Source of the DNA: Candidatus Poribacteria bacterium
GTDB lineage: Bacteria; Poribacteria; WGA-4E; WGA-3G
Direction of reading: 5' to 3'
Length of the DNA stretch: 64,000 nucleotides
Assembly: GCA_963665235.2 (NCBI GenBank)
Contig: CAXXLX010000001.1
Coordinates: forward strand, 3,744,001 to 3,808,000
Both the position numbers and the translations under genes were made by a program. This document shows positions 10,343-19,902 of the stretch, in pieces. The notes below the pieces were generated by a model that saw only the letters and a program-made list of their open reading frames with translations, was not told the DNA's origin and did no database searches. The stretch's first letter is position 1; each line of letters opens with the position of its first letter.

Positions 10343-11398
10343 TTACCCCATCGGATGTGGGCCGTGGGTTGTTGCACTTTGCCGGGCGTGTGCATAAACT
10401 GCGTCCTGGATTTCAAGTATCCGCACCGCATCCACTACCGACGGCTCAAACGTGTGTCCTTCACGGATTGCGTCAAACGCGCTTTGCATTATGTTTCGTA
10501 TCCTTGCACCGTGCGGTATGTCCTCGCTAAATTGGACACCCTCCGTTGTGTGGACCTCAATCAACGGTTCACCCTCTTTCCCGTACTGCTCAAAGACCGA
10601 TGCCTTTGTGCCGATAAACCTGAAGAAATGATCGCCGCCGCGTTTGCCCGCCGGATAGGTATACCCGGCCTCAACGATTCCGGTAGTCCCGTCCGCTGTT
10701 CTGAGCACACCGATACCGCTATCCTCTATATTCCGAGCATGCATAGCGTTAGACATGACCGCACCCACGACTGTAATCTCCTGATTACCGACAAATTGAA
10801 GGAACGTATCTATGCCGTGTGCTGCTTCAACTGCCCAACACCCACCGCCGGAGATACGCGGGTCGTTGTGCCAATAGGAGGGGGTGGGATCATAACGAGA
10901 TGGCGGGCCGTTGTTCAATCTGCTGTTATACAACACAAGGTCACCGAAGCTGCCATCCGCTATCGTCTCCTCGACAACCTGGACAATACGACTTGCCCGG
11001 TTCGGTAGCACAAGGGCACTGAATACGCCGTGCTTTTCGGATGCCTCCGCCACAGGGCGTAACCGGTCGGCACAGTCCGCGAACGGTTTATCCAAAAGAT
11101 ACGGAATACGGCGGTCAACACACGCCTGAACGTGCATCGGTATTTCAATATGTTTACCAGCGACGAGGGCAGCATCCGGTTTGCAGGCATCCAAGCAGTG
11201 GACTGCGGAATCAAACGCTGGCACTTGAAAGTCGTGTGCCAGCTGTTCGCGCGGTGAATGCTCCGCATCCATGACACCGACAATGTCGTGTCCTAGTGCT
11301 TCAGCGGTGCGTGCCATGCTCCGGCCGTGATGACTATAAGAAAGAAGGGCTATTCTCATGGTTTGTCTCTGTGTTATAGGTTTATGGCTATTAGACAT
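10343..11398 (-). CDS. Gfo/Idh/MocA oxidoreductase (start may be 11359)
   Basis: LDKP, SGGG and HGID motifs. Confidence 0.88.
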   Translation of the reverse strand: MSNSHKPITQRQTMRIALLSYSHHGRSMARTAEALGHDIVGVMDAEHSPREQLAHDFQVPAFDSAVHCLDACKPDAALVAGKHIEIPMHVQACVDRRIPYLLDKPFADCADRLRPVAEASEKHGVFSALVLPNRASRIVQVVEETIADGSFGDLVLYNSRLNNGPPSRYDPTPSYWHNDPRISGGGCWAVEAAHGIDTFLQFVGNQEITVVGAVMSNAMHARNIEDSGIGVLRTADGTTGIVEAGYTYPAGKRGGDHFFRFIGTKASVFEQYGKEGEPLIEVHTTEGVQFSEDIPHGARIRNIMQSAFDAIREGHTFEPSVVDAVRILEIQDAVYAHARQSATTHGPHPMG

Positions 11399-11416
11399 TA
11401 TGCCGATTTAATTGTT

Positions 11417-11529
11417 GTAGGGGCGGAGTCTCCCCGCCCTGTTTCGTTAGGAGTGCCTGGGCGTAGGGGCGGGGTCCCCCCGCCCGATTTGAAGCTATGT
11501 TTATAGGGCGAGGGGACCTCGCCCCTACA
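11417..11529. repeat. Cluster of three GTAG-type REP hairpins
   Basis: GTAGGGGCGGAGTCTCCCCGCCC, GTAGGGGCGGGGTCCCCCCGCCC and the inverted GGGCGAGGGGACCTCGCCCCTAC. Confidence 0.85.
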
Positions 11530-11590
11530 GTGTTCGCAGGCAGCCCCTGATTAAATCATTATAATGTCTAGTGTTTTACGTCATTGCTAT

Positions 11591-12520
11591 TCACGCCTCG
11601 GTTTCTTCCAGGACCTGCTGGAAGTCTTCGGGCGTGTTCGCCAACATAGCAGCGCGGAGCAGTGCCTGAAGCTGCTGCGGGTCGTCGATTTGCTCCAATG
11701 CGGGTTTAAAGCGAAGCGCAGCATCGGACTGCAAGCGAAGGGTTAGTGCTTCAAAGATGCTTTGCTGCACACCTTGCTGCACACCTTGCTGTATACCTTG
11801 CTGTATACCTTTTTGGTGTGCCTCCGCTGTCGCTTTCTCTGTTAGGTGTCGGATAATATCTAATTCGTACATCGTCTCCTCCTTTACAATAGCTAAAATC
11901 ATATTCATATCATAAACTAAATTGCCTAAAATAGCCATGCTCCCAATATACTCAGATGGCTCTGGCACATCTGCGCGCGCCGCAGTTTGAACACATCGCC
12001 GAAACCACGCCTCCGCATCTACACCCGCAGGACGCTCCATCAACGGCGTAAACGGAAGCAACCCGACCGCATTTGAATCCAATACCGCCTGACCATCCAT
12101 ATCTATCAACCGAACAACCTTATACTCTATCAAAATCCGGTGATCCGCTAAATCCTGTGTAAAACGTCCCGGGTCATTTTTACCCGCATCTGGGCGAATA
12201 TAGATGACATAAGAATACACAAGCAACCGATATTTCGCAGCTATCCACATGATGTAACCCCCCATTCTTAGGGGCATGGGCGGGTCATAGCTGTCTGTGG
12301 TCTGGAACTCAATGTGCAACAACGCCTCTCTGCCATCAACTTCCACTTTGATAAGCACGTCTGCCTGATGCATCTCAATCGTTGGTTGTTCAGGTGTGAT
12401 GATTTCCAGCACGGTGAAATCTTTGTCACCTATACAAAGGTTTGCAAAATCATCAGGGTGTTCCTGAACATAATCTTTAGAAATAGTGTCAACTACTGCC
12501 ACTTTATCTCCTTTCGCCAC
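11591..12520 (-). CDS. Rpn-family (PD-(D/E)xK) nuclease / putative transposase
   Basis: ADVL...LLHIEFQT...MPLRM motif; GIQQG repeats; small helical C-terminal domain. Confidence 0.88.
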   Translation of the reverse strand: MAKGDKVAVVDTISKDYVQEHPDDFANLCIGDKDFTVLEIITPEQPTIEMHQADVLIKVEVDGREALLHIEFQTTDSYDPPMPLRMGGYIMWIAAKYRLLVYSYVIYIRPDAGKNDPGRFTQDLADHRILIEYKVVRLIDMDGQAVLDSNAVGLLPFTPLMERPAGVDAEAWFRRCVQTAARADVPEPSEYIGSMAILGNLVYDMNMILAIVKEETMYELDIIRHLTEKATAEAHQKGIQQGIQQGVQQGVQQSIFEALTLRLQSDAALRFKPALEQIDDPQQLQALLRAAMLANTPEDFQQVLEETEA

Positions 12521-12628
12521 TACGGCGTACGCTTATTTAACATTATACACGAAATGTGTTAACTTTTTCAACCTTAGAATCACAACATCTTGCCAGGAGA
12601 GAAAATAATGAAAATCTGCGATTTTCAA

Positions 12629-13078
12629 CGTTTCGGTGTCAAAACCCAATGCTTTAGCTTTGGGATGTAGACACCGCTAAAAACTTTGATTGCACACTAA
12701 ACCTTTTTAGTTGTTTTACGTCTAATAGATTTAGAGTGTACGGTTGCTATAGAGGGCAGTTACGCGCCTCCTGATTAGACTTCCTATAGTGTAAAGCTCT
12801 AATGTCAGTATTCGGGGTGAAACCCCGCTCCTCCGTCAGAAAGTGTAGCATGACAGTCGTTAGTAGGGAAAGACAGGTAATGCTGAAACCCGTTTGAACA
12901 ATACGACTCAAAACAAATTTCACAAGGACACTTCGGTGTCGCAGTCAGGGTAGTGTCTGTTGCAGTAGGCTTCTGTCCCTGGAGAACCGCTATAGGTTTT
13001 CTAAACAAGGTCGTTGATCGCACGAAAGCTTTCGCATAACTTTGCGGAAGCCCAAGTCTTTAGACTTGGGTCTATCAC
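12629..13078 (+). mobile_element. Non-autonomous IS200/IS605-type element (no tnpA or tnpB); left boundary approximate
   Basis: Left subterminal hairpin 12634-12676 (CGGTGTC-AAAA-CCCAATGC-TTTA-GCTTTGGG-ATGTA-GACACCG); right hairpin CCCAAGTC-TTTA-GACTTGGG at 13051-13070 followed by TCAC; no TIR or TSD. Confidence 0.8.
12725..13078 (+). ncRNA. Putative highly structured ncRNA inside the IS605-type element (family unassigned)
   Basis: Many helices, including a cUUCGg-capped hairpin (12927-12940), CGGGG/CCCCG (12813-12827) and crossing long-range pairings. Confidence 0.55.
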
Positions 13079-16058
13079 AGATAAACTCTAATTCCTGTGT
13101 TAGCAATTGTGGGTCTCTGCAAACGTGAAAACGCCACTTTTTCAGTTTTCCCCAATTGTTCACAGCGGATACCCACCGTTTGGCAGCAGCATGCTTGGCG
13201 TGCACCTGATCTGGTTCAAAACCTTTGATTTCTAATATGAGGTGGTCTCCGTTCTTGAAGCGGACGATAAAATCCGGTTCGTAACGGTGAGAAAACCCAT
13301 TGTGTTCGTACGGAATGCCGAGTCCGAGATGATCATTTCGTACATAGCATTCCACAATTTCTGATTGCTCAAGCCGAAATACTGCTGCACGTTCCCAGCT
13401 GTCTGTATCCAACACTACCTGATTCACATGGCTGCGTTGTGTTCCAACACAGGGCCGCGATGTGAGAAAATCAACATCAGCCGATGTCCCAATCGGTGCA
13501 TACCGGTTTAGAATAGGCAGCAGCGGTATTTCTCCCTTCGCCTCGTCAGGTTGGATAGCGGCCATCAACCTTTCCACAATACGCATAACGTATTTTTCCT
13601 GTCCAAGTTCACACGGGTGCTCCCCGCGAAAATCAACCTTTGTTTTGACATAGTTATCAACATACCGAAAGACCTGTGGAAAGAGCCGATGCCGTGAGAG
13701 TAGCCTTAGCTTCGGATTACTGTTCGGATCAGGGGCGGTGTCCCTATCCCCAACTAACTTGCGCACAATCCGATGTGCAATTTCAAACTTAATCGCCTGT
13801 AGGTGAGTGCTATCATAATACGCCTCGCGGTCCTGAAGTTTAACTTCTCCCGGCCCGGATGTCGAAGGCGCGCCCGTTTCGTATCCTACAGCAGGTTTAA
13901 CAAAAAGTGCTGTCGGATTCCGTTCAGGTTGAATCTGAAGCGGTTCAGTAGAGGTAATGTCAGCCTTGATTTCGTTCTTACGCAATGCGAAGGCATACCC
14001 TTCAACAACCGGATATTTAATCTCAAAATGTTCACGTTCAGGCAACGCCCGGACGTGGTTTTTCGGTTTGTCATCCGGGGCACTCGCTGTAGTGGGTCTG
14101 CCTCTAAACGGAATAACCGAAAAGGGTATACCGTAAACATCAACATATTCCTCGGTAAGCAGCCCCGTCTCTGGGTCCGGTGTATAATTCATGCGGCGCA
14201 ACCCGCGCCCGACTACCTGCTCACAAAGGAGTTGACTACTAAAGGCGCGTAACCCCAAAATATGTGTGACGTTGTTCGCGTCCCATCCCTCGTTTAGCAT
14301 TGCGACTGAGACAACGCATCGGATTTGCTCGCCCGGTTGCCCACGCTTACCGATTGTGGCGACTATCTGTCGGAGCTGCTCCGCTGCATCCGATTTCGAT
14401 TGACTGGCATCAGCCTTCTCCGCTTGTGCCAACATTTTGCTATCGATACGTAACGTTCGTTTCACATTCTCTGTATTTGAAAATAGGTCGGGGAAAATTG
14501 CCCCCTGTTCGTAGACCGTCCGCGTCTTCTGCTTTTTTCGTTTTTCGTTTGAGGTGTCCTCGTCAGCAACCTCAACCGTCCGTTCGCCGGAGATTTTTTC
14601 GTAAAAATACGCCGCTATGTCGGTATTGGCACAGACGACAATCATGACAGGTGGCGTTTTTTCTTGGGCATCGGAGGCTTCCTGAATGTATTCAAACCGC
14701 TCTTTCCATTGACTTGCAAGCGTGATAAGAGCGGGTTCCGCCTCGCGATAGATAGCATCCGGTTTAGGTGTCCGTTTCCGTCTGCCCGGGGACGTATCTG
14801 CTGCTGAGAGCTCATCATTGATTGTTTTCCACAATCGAAAGTATTTCGGCTCAGGTCTACCTGTGGTATCGCTCACTGGCAAGCGGGGAATTTTTGTGAT
14901 GCCGCTCTCAATTGCGTCAACCAAACCGAAATCGCTAACAAGCCACGGAAAGGGGTCCCCCTCTGCATGACCGCTGCCTTTTATGTAAAACGGCGTAGCG
15001 GAGAGGTCAACACAAAACTTAACACCGCACCCTACGTTAATCTTGTCCAAACCTTCCACCCAAACAGTGGCTTCTTGACGTTCCCGCTTTTCATCGGCGG
15101 AGAGTTTTTCGGCATCCTCCTCTATAGGTGCTGGACGGTAGGCGTGATGTCCCTCGTCGTTCAGCACCATAATTGGCGCGCGGTCGGACAATTCCCCCAA
15201 GACACGTTTCGCAAAAACTTCCGGTGTTTCCTTGCCTTTATTGATAACTGTGTATGTCTTCCCACCTTCACTATGTGGCGACTCAGGGGCAAATTGATGC
15301 CAATTGGTAATCAAGACTTTTCCGCTATTGAGCAGTGGCCGGAGTTTTGTCGGGATGAGTTCAAACTCGTCGTAGTAGTTATTCGCCTCTTCGGGACGTA
15401 AAACTTGCAGCCGTTGTTTGATTGTGAGGTTCGGACAGACGATAAGGGCAGCTGCGGGAAAACGTTCGTCAGATGGCACTTTTCCACGATTGCAAAATGC
15501 CCACGCGATGAGCATCGCCATCACAACGGTTTTACCGCTACCGGTCGCCATTTTGCACCCGTAACGGATTAGAGCGGGAATATCTTCTGTGTTTGGAATA
15601 TCCACTAACTTGGCGAGGTCTTCATCGGTGAACTGCGGAGTGAAACGGAGATGTTTGCCACCCTGACGTATTTCGGCAAGATAGATAGCTGTCTCAACCG
15701 CTTCACGTTGGCAGAAAAAGAGTCTTCGGAATAGGTCGTCCCGTGTCCAATGCCGTAGCAGTTCACGGGTGATGGGAGTAGCGTTGCGATAATTGGCATC
15801 CCGCCACCGTTTAACATCGGCCCGTAGCGCGTTGACTAGCGGCAGGTCATCCCACTCCTCTTCTCGGAAGAGTTGGAGCTGTTCGCTGCCGGTGCGCTGT
15901 GTTTTATACCAATAGCCTGCATCTCGCCGTCCCGGTTGTTTGACCGCTGCGCCTGTTTCCGTATCGTAAACCCAGTGGGTGTTTGGCTCTTCGTACGGGC
16001 TGCATAGGATAGGTTGCTCTACAGGTTGGATTGGAATGTCAGGTCGGTTTTGATTCAT
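12990..16058 (-). CDS. res: Type III restriction enzyme Res subunit (SF2 helicase plus C-terminal nuclease)
   Basis: MATGSGKT, NDEGHH, MLNEGWD, QVVGRGLRR, YEPDF and LEIKG motifs; the last ~29 codons run into the IS605-type element. Confidence 0.9.
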   Translation of the reverse strand: MNQNRPDIPIQPVEQPILCSPYEEPNTHWVYDTETGAAVKQPGRRDAGYWYKTQRTGSEQLQLFREEEWDDLPLVNALRADVKRWRDANYRNATPITRELLRHWTRDDLFRRLFFCQREAVETAIYLAEIRQGGKHLRFTPQFTDEDLAKLVDIPNTEDIPALIRYGCKMATGSGKTVVMAMLIAWAFCNRGKVPSDERFPAAALIVCPNLTIKQRLQVLRPEEANNYYDEFELIPTKLRPLLNSGKVLITNWHQFAPESPHSEGGKTYTVINKGKETPEVFAKRVLGELSDRAPIMVLNDEGHHAYRPAPIEEDAEKLSADEKRERQEATVWVEGLDKINVGCGVKFCVDLSATPFYIKGSGHAEGDPFPWLVSDFGLVDAIESGITKIPRLPVSDTTGRPEPKYFRLWKTINDELSAADTSPGRRKRTPKPDAIYREAEPALITLASQWKERFEYIQEASDAQEKTPPVMIVVCANTDIAAYFYEKISGERTVEVADEDTSNEKRKKQKTRTVYEQGAIFPDLFSNTENVKRTLRIDSKMLAQAEKADASQSKSDAAEQLRQIVATIGKRGQPGEQIRCVVSVAMLNEGWDANNVTHILGLRAFSSQLLCEQVVGRGLRRMNYTPDPETGLLTEEYVDVYGIPFSVIPFRGRPTTASAPDDKPKNHVRALPEREHFEIKYPVVEGYAFALRKNEIKADITSTEPLQIQPERNPTALFVKPAVGYETGAPSTSGPGEVKLQDREAYYDSTHLQAIKFEIAHRIVRKLVGDRDTAPDPNSNPKLRLLSRHRLFPQVFRYVDNYVKTKVDFRGEHPCELGQEKYVMRIVERLMAAIQPDEAKGEIPLLPILNRYAPIGTSADVDFLTSRPCVGTQRSHVNQVVLDTDSWERAAVFRLEQSEIVECYVRNDHLGLGIPYEHNGFSHRYEPDFIVRFKNGDHLILEIKGFEPDQVHAKHAAAKRWVSAVNNWGKLKKWRFHVCRDPQLLTQELEFICDRPKSKDLGFRKVMRKLSCDQRPCLENL

Positions 16059-16401
16059 GAAGATTCCTCGGTTTGTGTTTCAGACGTTTCTTTTTCTGCC
16101 AGCAGAAACCTGCGAAAAATCGCGAGCAGAGCCCCTCCTTTTGCACGACGGGTCCCCTTTATGGGGCAGTGCGAAGCCGTTGTTCCGGGATGGGAAGTCT
16201 GCTGTAGATGAACCACCGCCGGAGATTTCGTAGAGACTTGATTACCCTTTTATAAGCGTTGTGTCCTGGTGTGAGCCGCTGCGCGGATTTTATTCGGCAT
16301 CGCCAAGGGCTTGGAGAGCCTGTTCAATCTCGGCTCTAAGCTTCTCAAGATTGGGTCTATCAATCTTACCAAGTGCCCTTATCACATCCGCAAGCACATG
16401 A

Positions 16402-18351
16402 TCAAACTTGTCCTGCTTCCAAGTCGTTTAACTTGGAATCAGCGAGCTGCAAATCGATAAGTGCCAAGGCTTTATGAAAATTTGCTTTAGCTTCCGCAGT
16501 GTGCCCTAAACTGACCTTTGCATCTGCCTTACCTTTGTAAGCATGAACATTCTTTGGGGCGAGTCGTATTATCTCGTCATAATCGTCAATTGCCGCATCG
16601 TATTGCTCTATGTTTTTCTTTGCACTAGCTCGATGCAGGTAAGCACCAGTATCCTCCTGTTTATGTTGGAGGACTTTATCGTAATCATCAATCGCCTCTT
16701 TGTATCGCTTTAGTCTACTTTTGGCATGGCCCCGATTGGAGTAGGCTTCAGCATTATCTGGATTTAGCCGAAGTGCCTCATCGTAATCATCAATCGCCTC
16801 TTTGTATCGCTTTAGTCTACTTTTGGCATGGCCCCGATTGGAGTAGGCTTCAGCATTATCTGGATTTAGCCGAAGTGCCTCATCGTAATCGTCAATCGCC
16901 TCTTTGTATTGTCTAAGTCCATGTTTTGCAAGTCCCCGATTGAAATAGGCTTCAGCATCATCTGATTTCAAACAAAGTCCTTTGTCATAATCTTCAATGG
17001 CAGCCTTGTATTCTTTCTGTCCGCTTCTTGTGTTTCCTCGCATAAAGTAGGCATCTGCATAGTCTGGTTTGAGTTCTATCACCTTGTCATAATCTTCAAT
17101 GGCAGCCTCGTATTGATCTAAATCGACTTTTGCTTTCCCGCGATTATAGTATGCATCTATATAGTCTGGTTTTAGCTCAATTGCCTTATCATAATCTTCG
17201 ATGACAGCCTCAAGTTCCCCGAGTTCACATTTCGCTTTTCCTCGATGGAAGTAGAATTGGGCATAATCTGGTTTGAGTTCTATCGCCTTATCATAATCGG
17301 CAATCGCTGTCTTGGTCTTTCCTTGTTTAATACTCGTGTACCCTCGCCAGAAGTAGGCTGGTGCAAAATTAGGATTTTTTCTCATAACCGTGTAAAAATC
17401 GCTCCTGGCATCTATATATTGTTCTATTTCTATCTTGACACAACCGCGATTAAAGTAGGCTTCCGTGAAAGATGCGTCTAAACGGATAGCTTTGTCGAAG
17501 TCAGCAATCGCATCGTCGTACTGGCCGAGGTATCGCTTTGCAAGTCCCCGGACGCGATAGGTTTCGGAATTATCAGGTTGTAACTGGAGGGATTTGTCAA
17601 AATCCTCCAGGGCGGCTTCATATTGGCCGAGGCTCCCCTTTGCACGCCCGCGCAATACATAGATAAGGGCATCGTTTCCTTTAAGCTGTAGCACTTGTGT
17701 ATAGTCTTCAATGGCAGCTTCGTATTCTTCCAAGTCACTCCATGCACATCCCCGGTTGTAGTAGGCATCTGCATAATCCGGTTGTAATTGAATACTATTA
17801 GTGTAGTCTTCAATTGCAGCCTCATATTGCTTGAGCAGGGATTTTGCGCCCCCACGGTCGTTGTAGAACAGTGCTTTATCCGGATTAAGTTTAATTGCCG
17901 CGTCATAATCAACAAGGGCACCTTCAACGTCTTGCAGTGTTCTTTTCAGATTGCCGCGGTTGTAGTATGCATCTGCATAGTCTGGTTTGAGCTCGATCGC
18001 CTTATCGTAGGCAGAAGATGCCTTTTCTCTCTGGTCATATTCTGTGAGGAGGCACCCTACAGAAAGCCAAGCATGGGCGGCTAGTTCGTTATTGGGCCCC
18101 TCGGCGATAGTCGCGACAGCTTGCCACTTTTCAATGGCATCCTTAAGTTCCCCATCGTGTTGCAGTAGATAGGCATCGAGTATTGCTTTATCCACGAGAT
18201 GGAGTTCTGTGTTTTGGAGCTCCATCCGTACGGTTTCCTTAGCTTCTCCAGATTTTTCTGAATCGACGAGATTCTCTATGAGTTCAATTAGGGTTTTGAT
18301 ATTCACGGTTTTCCCCTGAATAATGTGTTTGAAAAAAGTTGGATACATCAC
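16402..18351 (-). CDS. TPR-repeat protein (possible frameshift near the C-terminus)
   Basis: About 15 AYxNRG...DYDKAIEL repeats; exact 102-bp internal duplication at 16679-16882. Confidence 0.92.
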   Translation of the reverse strand: MMYPTFFKHIIQGKTVNIKTLIELIENLVDSEKSGEAKETVRMELQNTELHLVDKAILDAYLLQHDGELKDAIEKWQAVATIAEGPNNELAAHAWLSVGCLLTEYDQREKASSAYDKAIELKPDYADAYYNRGNLKRTLQDVEGALVDYDAAIKLNPDKALFYNDRGGAKSLLKQYEAAIEDYTNSIQLQPDYADAYYNRGCAWSDLEEYEAAIEDYTQVLQLKGNDALIYVLRGRAKGSLGQYEAALEDFDKSLQLQPDNSETYRVRGLAKRYLGQYDDAIADFDKAIRLDASFTEAYFNRGCVKIEIEQYIDARSDFYTVMRKNPNFAPAYFWRGYTSIKQGKTKTAIADYDKAIELKPDYAQFYFHRGKAKCELGELEAVIEDYDKAIELKPDYIDAYYNRGKAKVDLDQYEAAIEDYDKVIELKPDYADAYFMRGNTRSGQKEYKAAIEDYDKGLCLKSDDAEAYFNRGLAKHGLRQYKEAIDDYDEALRLNPDNAEAYSNRGHAKSRLKRYKEAIDDYDEALRLNPDNAEAYSNRGHAKSRLKRYKEAIDDYDKVLQHKQEDTGAYLHRASAKKNIEQYDAAIDDYDEIIRLAPKNVHAYKGKADAKVSLGHTAEAKANFHKALALIDLQLADSKLNDLEAGQV

Positions 18352-18392
18352 GCTCTCAGTTTATGAACGTACCCCGCTTGCCGATAAGCGGT

Positions 18393-18866
18393 TTAAGGAG
18401 AGAAAAATTCACTGATTTTTTCTAACAAACGCCGGTGCCTCTCAGTTGAGATAGAACCGATGTACCCTGGTATATCATCTACTCCTTTCTGATCTAGAAA
18501 GCCGAGTCGAATCAGAGACGTGTCTATAAGAAAATTTACATCTTCATCTTTATCCTTATCAGCAATTTCGTCAAAACCCTTAACCTCATTTTCCAGCTTA
18601 CGAGATAGGCCACAAACAATAAATGCCTTATAATTTTCCGGCAACTTCCGCAGACAAAGCGCAGGTCTAATCTTTTCTGTTCCAGTTCGAGCGTCTTTTA
18701 AATACACCAAAACTACGTCCCTTTCCTTTATTTCTGGAAACTCAAAGGGGCAGTCCGTACACTTATACAAATGTCTTTCTTCTCCGGAGTCATAGCGCAT
18801 CTCCGACACACTGGTATTCTTCTTACATTTTGGACAATTTGGCAAGATGAGTCCTCCTTTCTGCAT
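18393..18866 (-). CDS. PemK/MazF-like toxin with an N-terminal zinc ribbon
   Basis: CPKC...CTDC, then DVVLV...KIRPAL...IVCGLS...SLIRLGFL...IGSISTERHRRLL. Confidence 0.75.
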   Translation of the reverse strand: MQKGGLILPNCPKCKKNTSVSEMRYDSGEERHLYKCTDCPFEFPEIKERDVVLVYLKDARTGTEKIRPALCLRKLPENYKAFIVCGLSRKLENEVKGFDEIADKDKDEDVNFLIDTSLIRLGFLDQKGVDDIPGYIGSISTERHRRLLEKISEFFSP

Positions 18867-18999
18867 ATACCTGGATTCGCGTTTGCTCTAATGAGATGTG
18901 ACAATCAAAATAGATAATTATCTAGAAAGTTTACCACCTTGAATGTCAAAGTTCACTACAACCTTGAAGGCCATGCGCGCGGAAGCGTAAAGAACTCAC

Positions 19000-19617
19000 T
19001 TATTCGGCAGGATTCTCACAATCAGGATTTGCTTTGATGAGCATATCCAGTGTATATTCTGGTTCGTCATCGCCATAAGCCGCCTCAAGACCGCGCGCAG
19101 GCAACCACGTACGTGTTTCCAAGGAACCTTTATAGTCGGGATTTACCCCGATGAGCATGTCCAACGTATACTCAGGTTCGTCATCGCCATAAGCCGCCTC
19201 AAGACCGCGCGCAGGTAATAGTTCAGTTTGAACTGTCATCTCAATTTTCTCCTCATGCTTCTCAATCAAGTTACCAATGAAATCCATTAGTGGAGCGAAG
19301 AGGTGATTTTCATTCTCACCAACAACATCAATTAATTTTTTCGAACATGCGACAAGTCGTTCATAATCATCGTCGGTTAGCGAGGCTAAAAACTGCTCTT
19401 CATTTGTACCGATCAATGCATCAACAGTACTGGCAAGCGATTGAACTGGACTGCCCGGTTTAAGAAGTGATGCCGCAGCGAAGAGACCTAATGTCGCGAG
19501 TGACAGAAGGGTCTCATAACTCTGATGTATCGGTATCACACCAAGTCGAAGGGATATTTGCTTTTGGGCACCAAATCCGTGAGACTCTTCAAATTCACTG
19601 AGGGTTGCCATTAACAT
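19000..19617 (-). CDS. Chimeric antitoxin-like protein (HigA-like N-terminal module plus duplicated acidic module)
   Basis: DYERLV...LIDVVGENENHLFAPLMDFIGNLIEKHE, followed by LPARGLEAAYGDDEPEYTLDMLI twice (114-bp period). Confidence 0.6.
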   Translation of the reverse strand: MLMATLSEFEESHGFGAQKQISLRLGVIPIHQSYETLLSLATLGLFAAASLLKPGSPVQSLASTVDALIGTNEEQFLASLTDDDYERLVACSKKLIDVVGENENHLFAPLMDFIGNLIEKHEEKIEMTVQTELLPARGLEAAYGDDEPEYTLDMLIGVNPDYKGSLETRTWLPARGLEAAYGDDEPEYTLDMLIKANPDCENPAE

Positions 19618-19902
19618 AGTTTATTCCTTTAAGCTTCTTTTATTGTGTTTCAGGTGTATGGGTGTGTAAAGCTTTTGTACAAAAGCATGTTGCCATGGAT
19701 ATTGCACGAATGATGTGCTCGGAGAAACCGTTGATTGTCCTTATCACATATTTAAGGTATACGGTATTTTACGAAAAAAGTCAAGTTAATTTTTTATAGG
19801 ACGTTTCTATAAGCATTTCGCCCTGATGGGGCTGCCCTTTGGTACACCCGAGTTTATTTTTTGGTGCGTTGTGATTGCTAATAACAGAATTTTTAGACAT
19901 AC

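Noticed and set aside
12805-13023. 72-aa ORF inside the element as a TnpB remnant
   Set aside because: No RuvC or zinc-finger motifs, and it is antisense to the structured strand.
12725-13078. Group I intron (IStron) or HEARO assignment
   Set aside because: Canonical P/Q/R/S motifs or HEARO consensus could not be recognised by eye, so it is left unassigned.
16060-16289. Remnant of a mod gene upstream of res
   Set aside because: Only a vague short resemblance (NLRRWFIYSRLP); no methyltransferase motifs.
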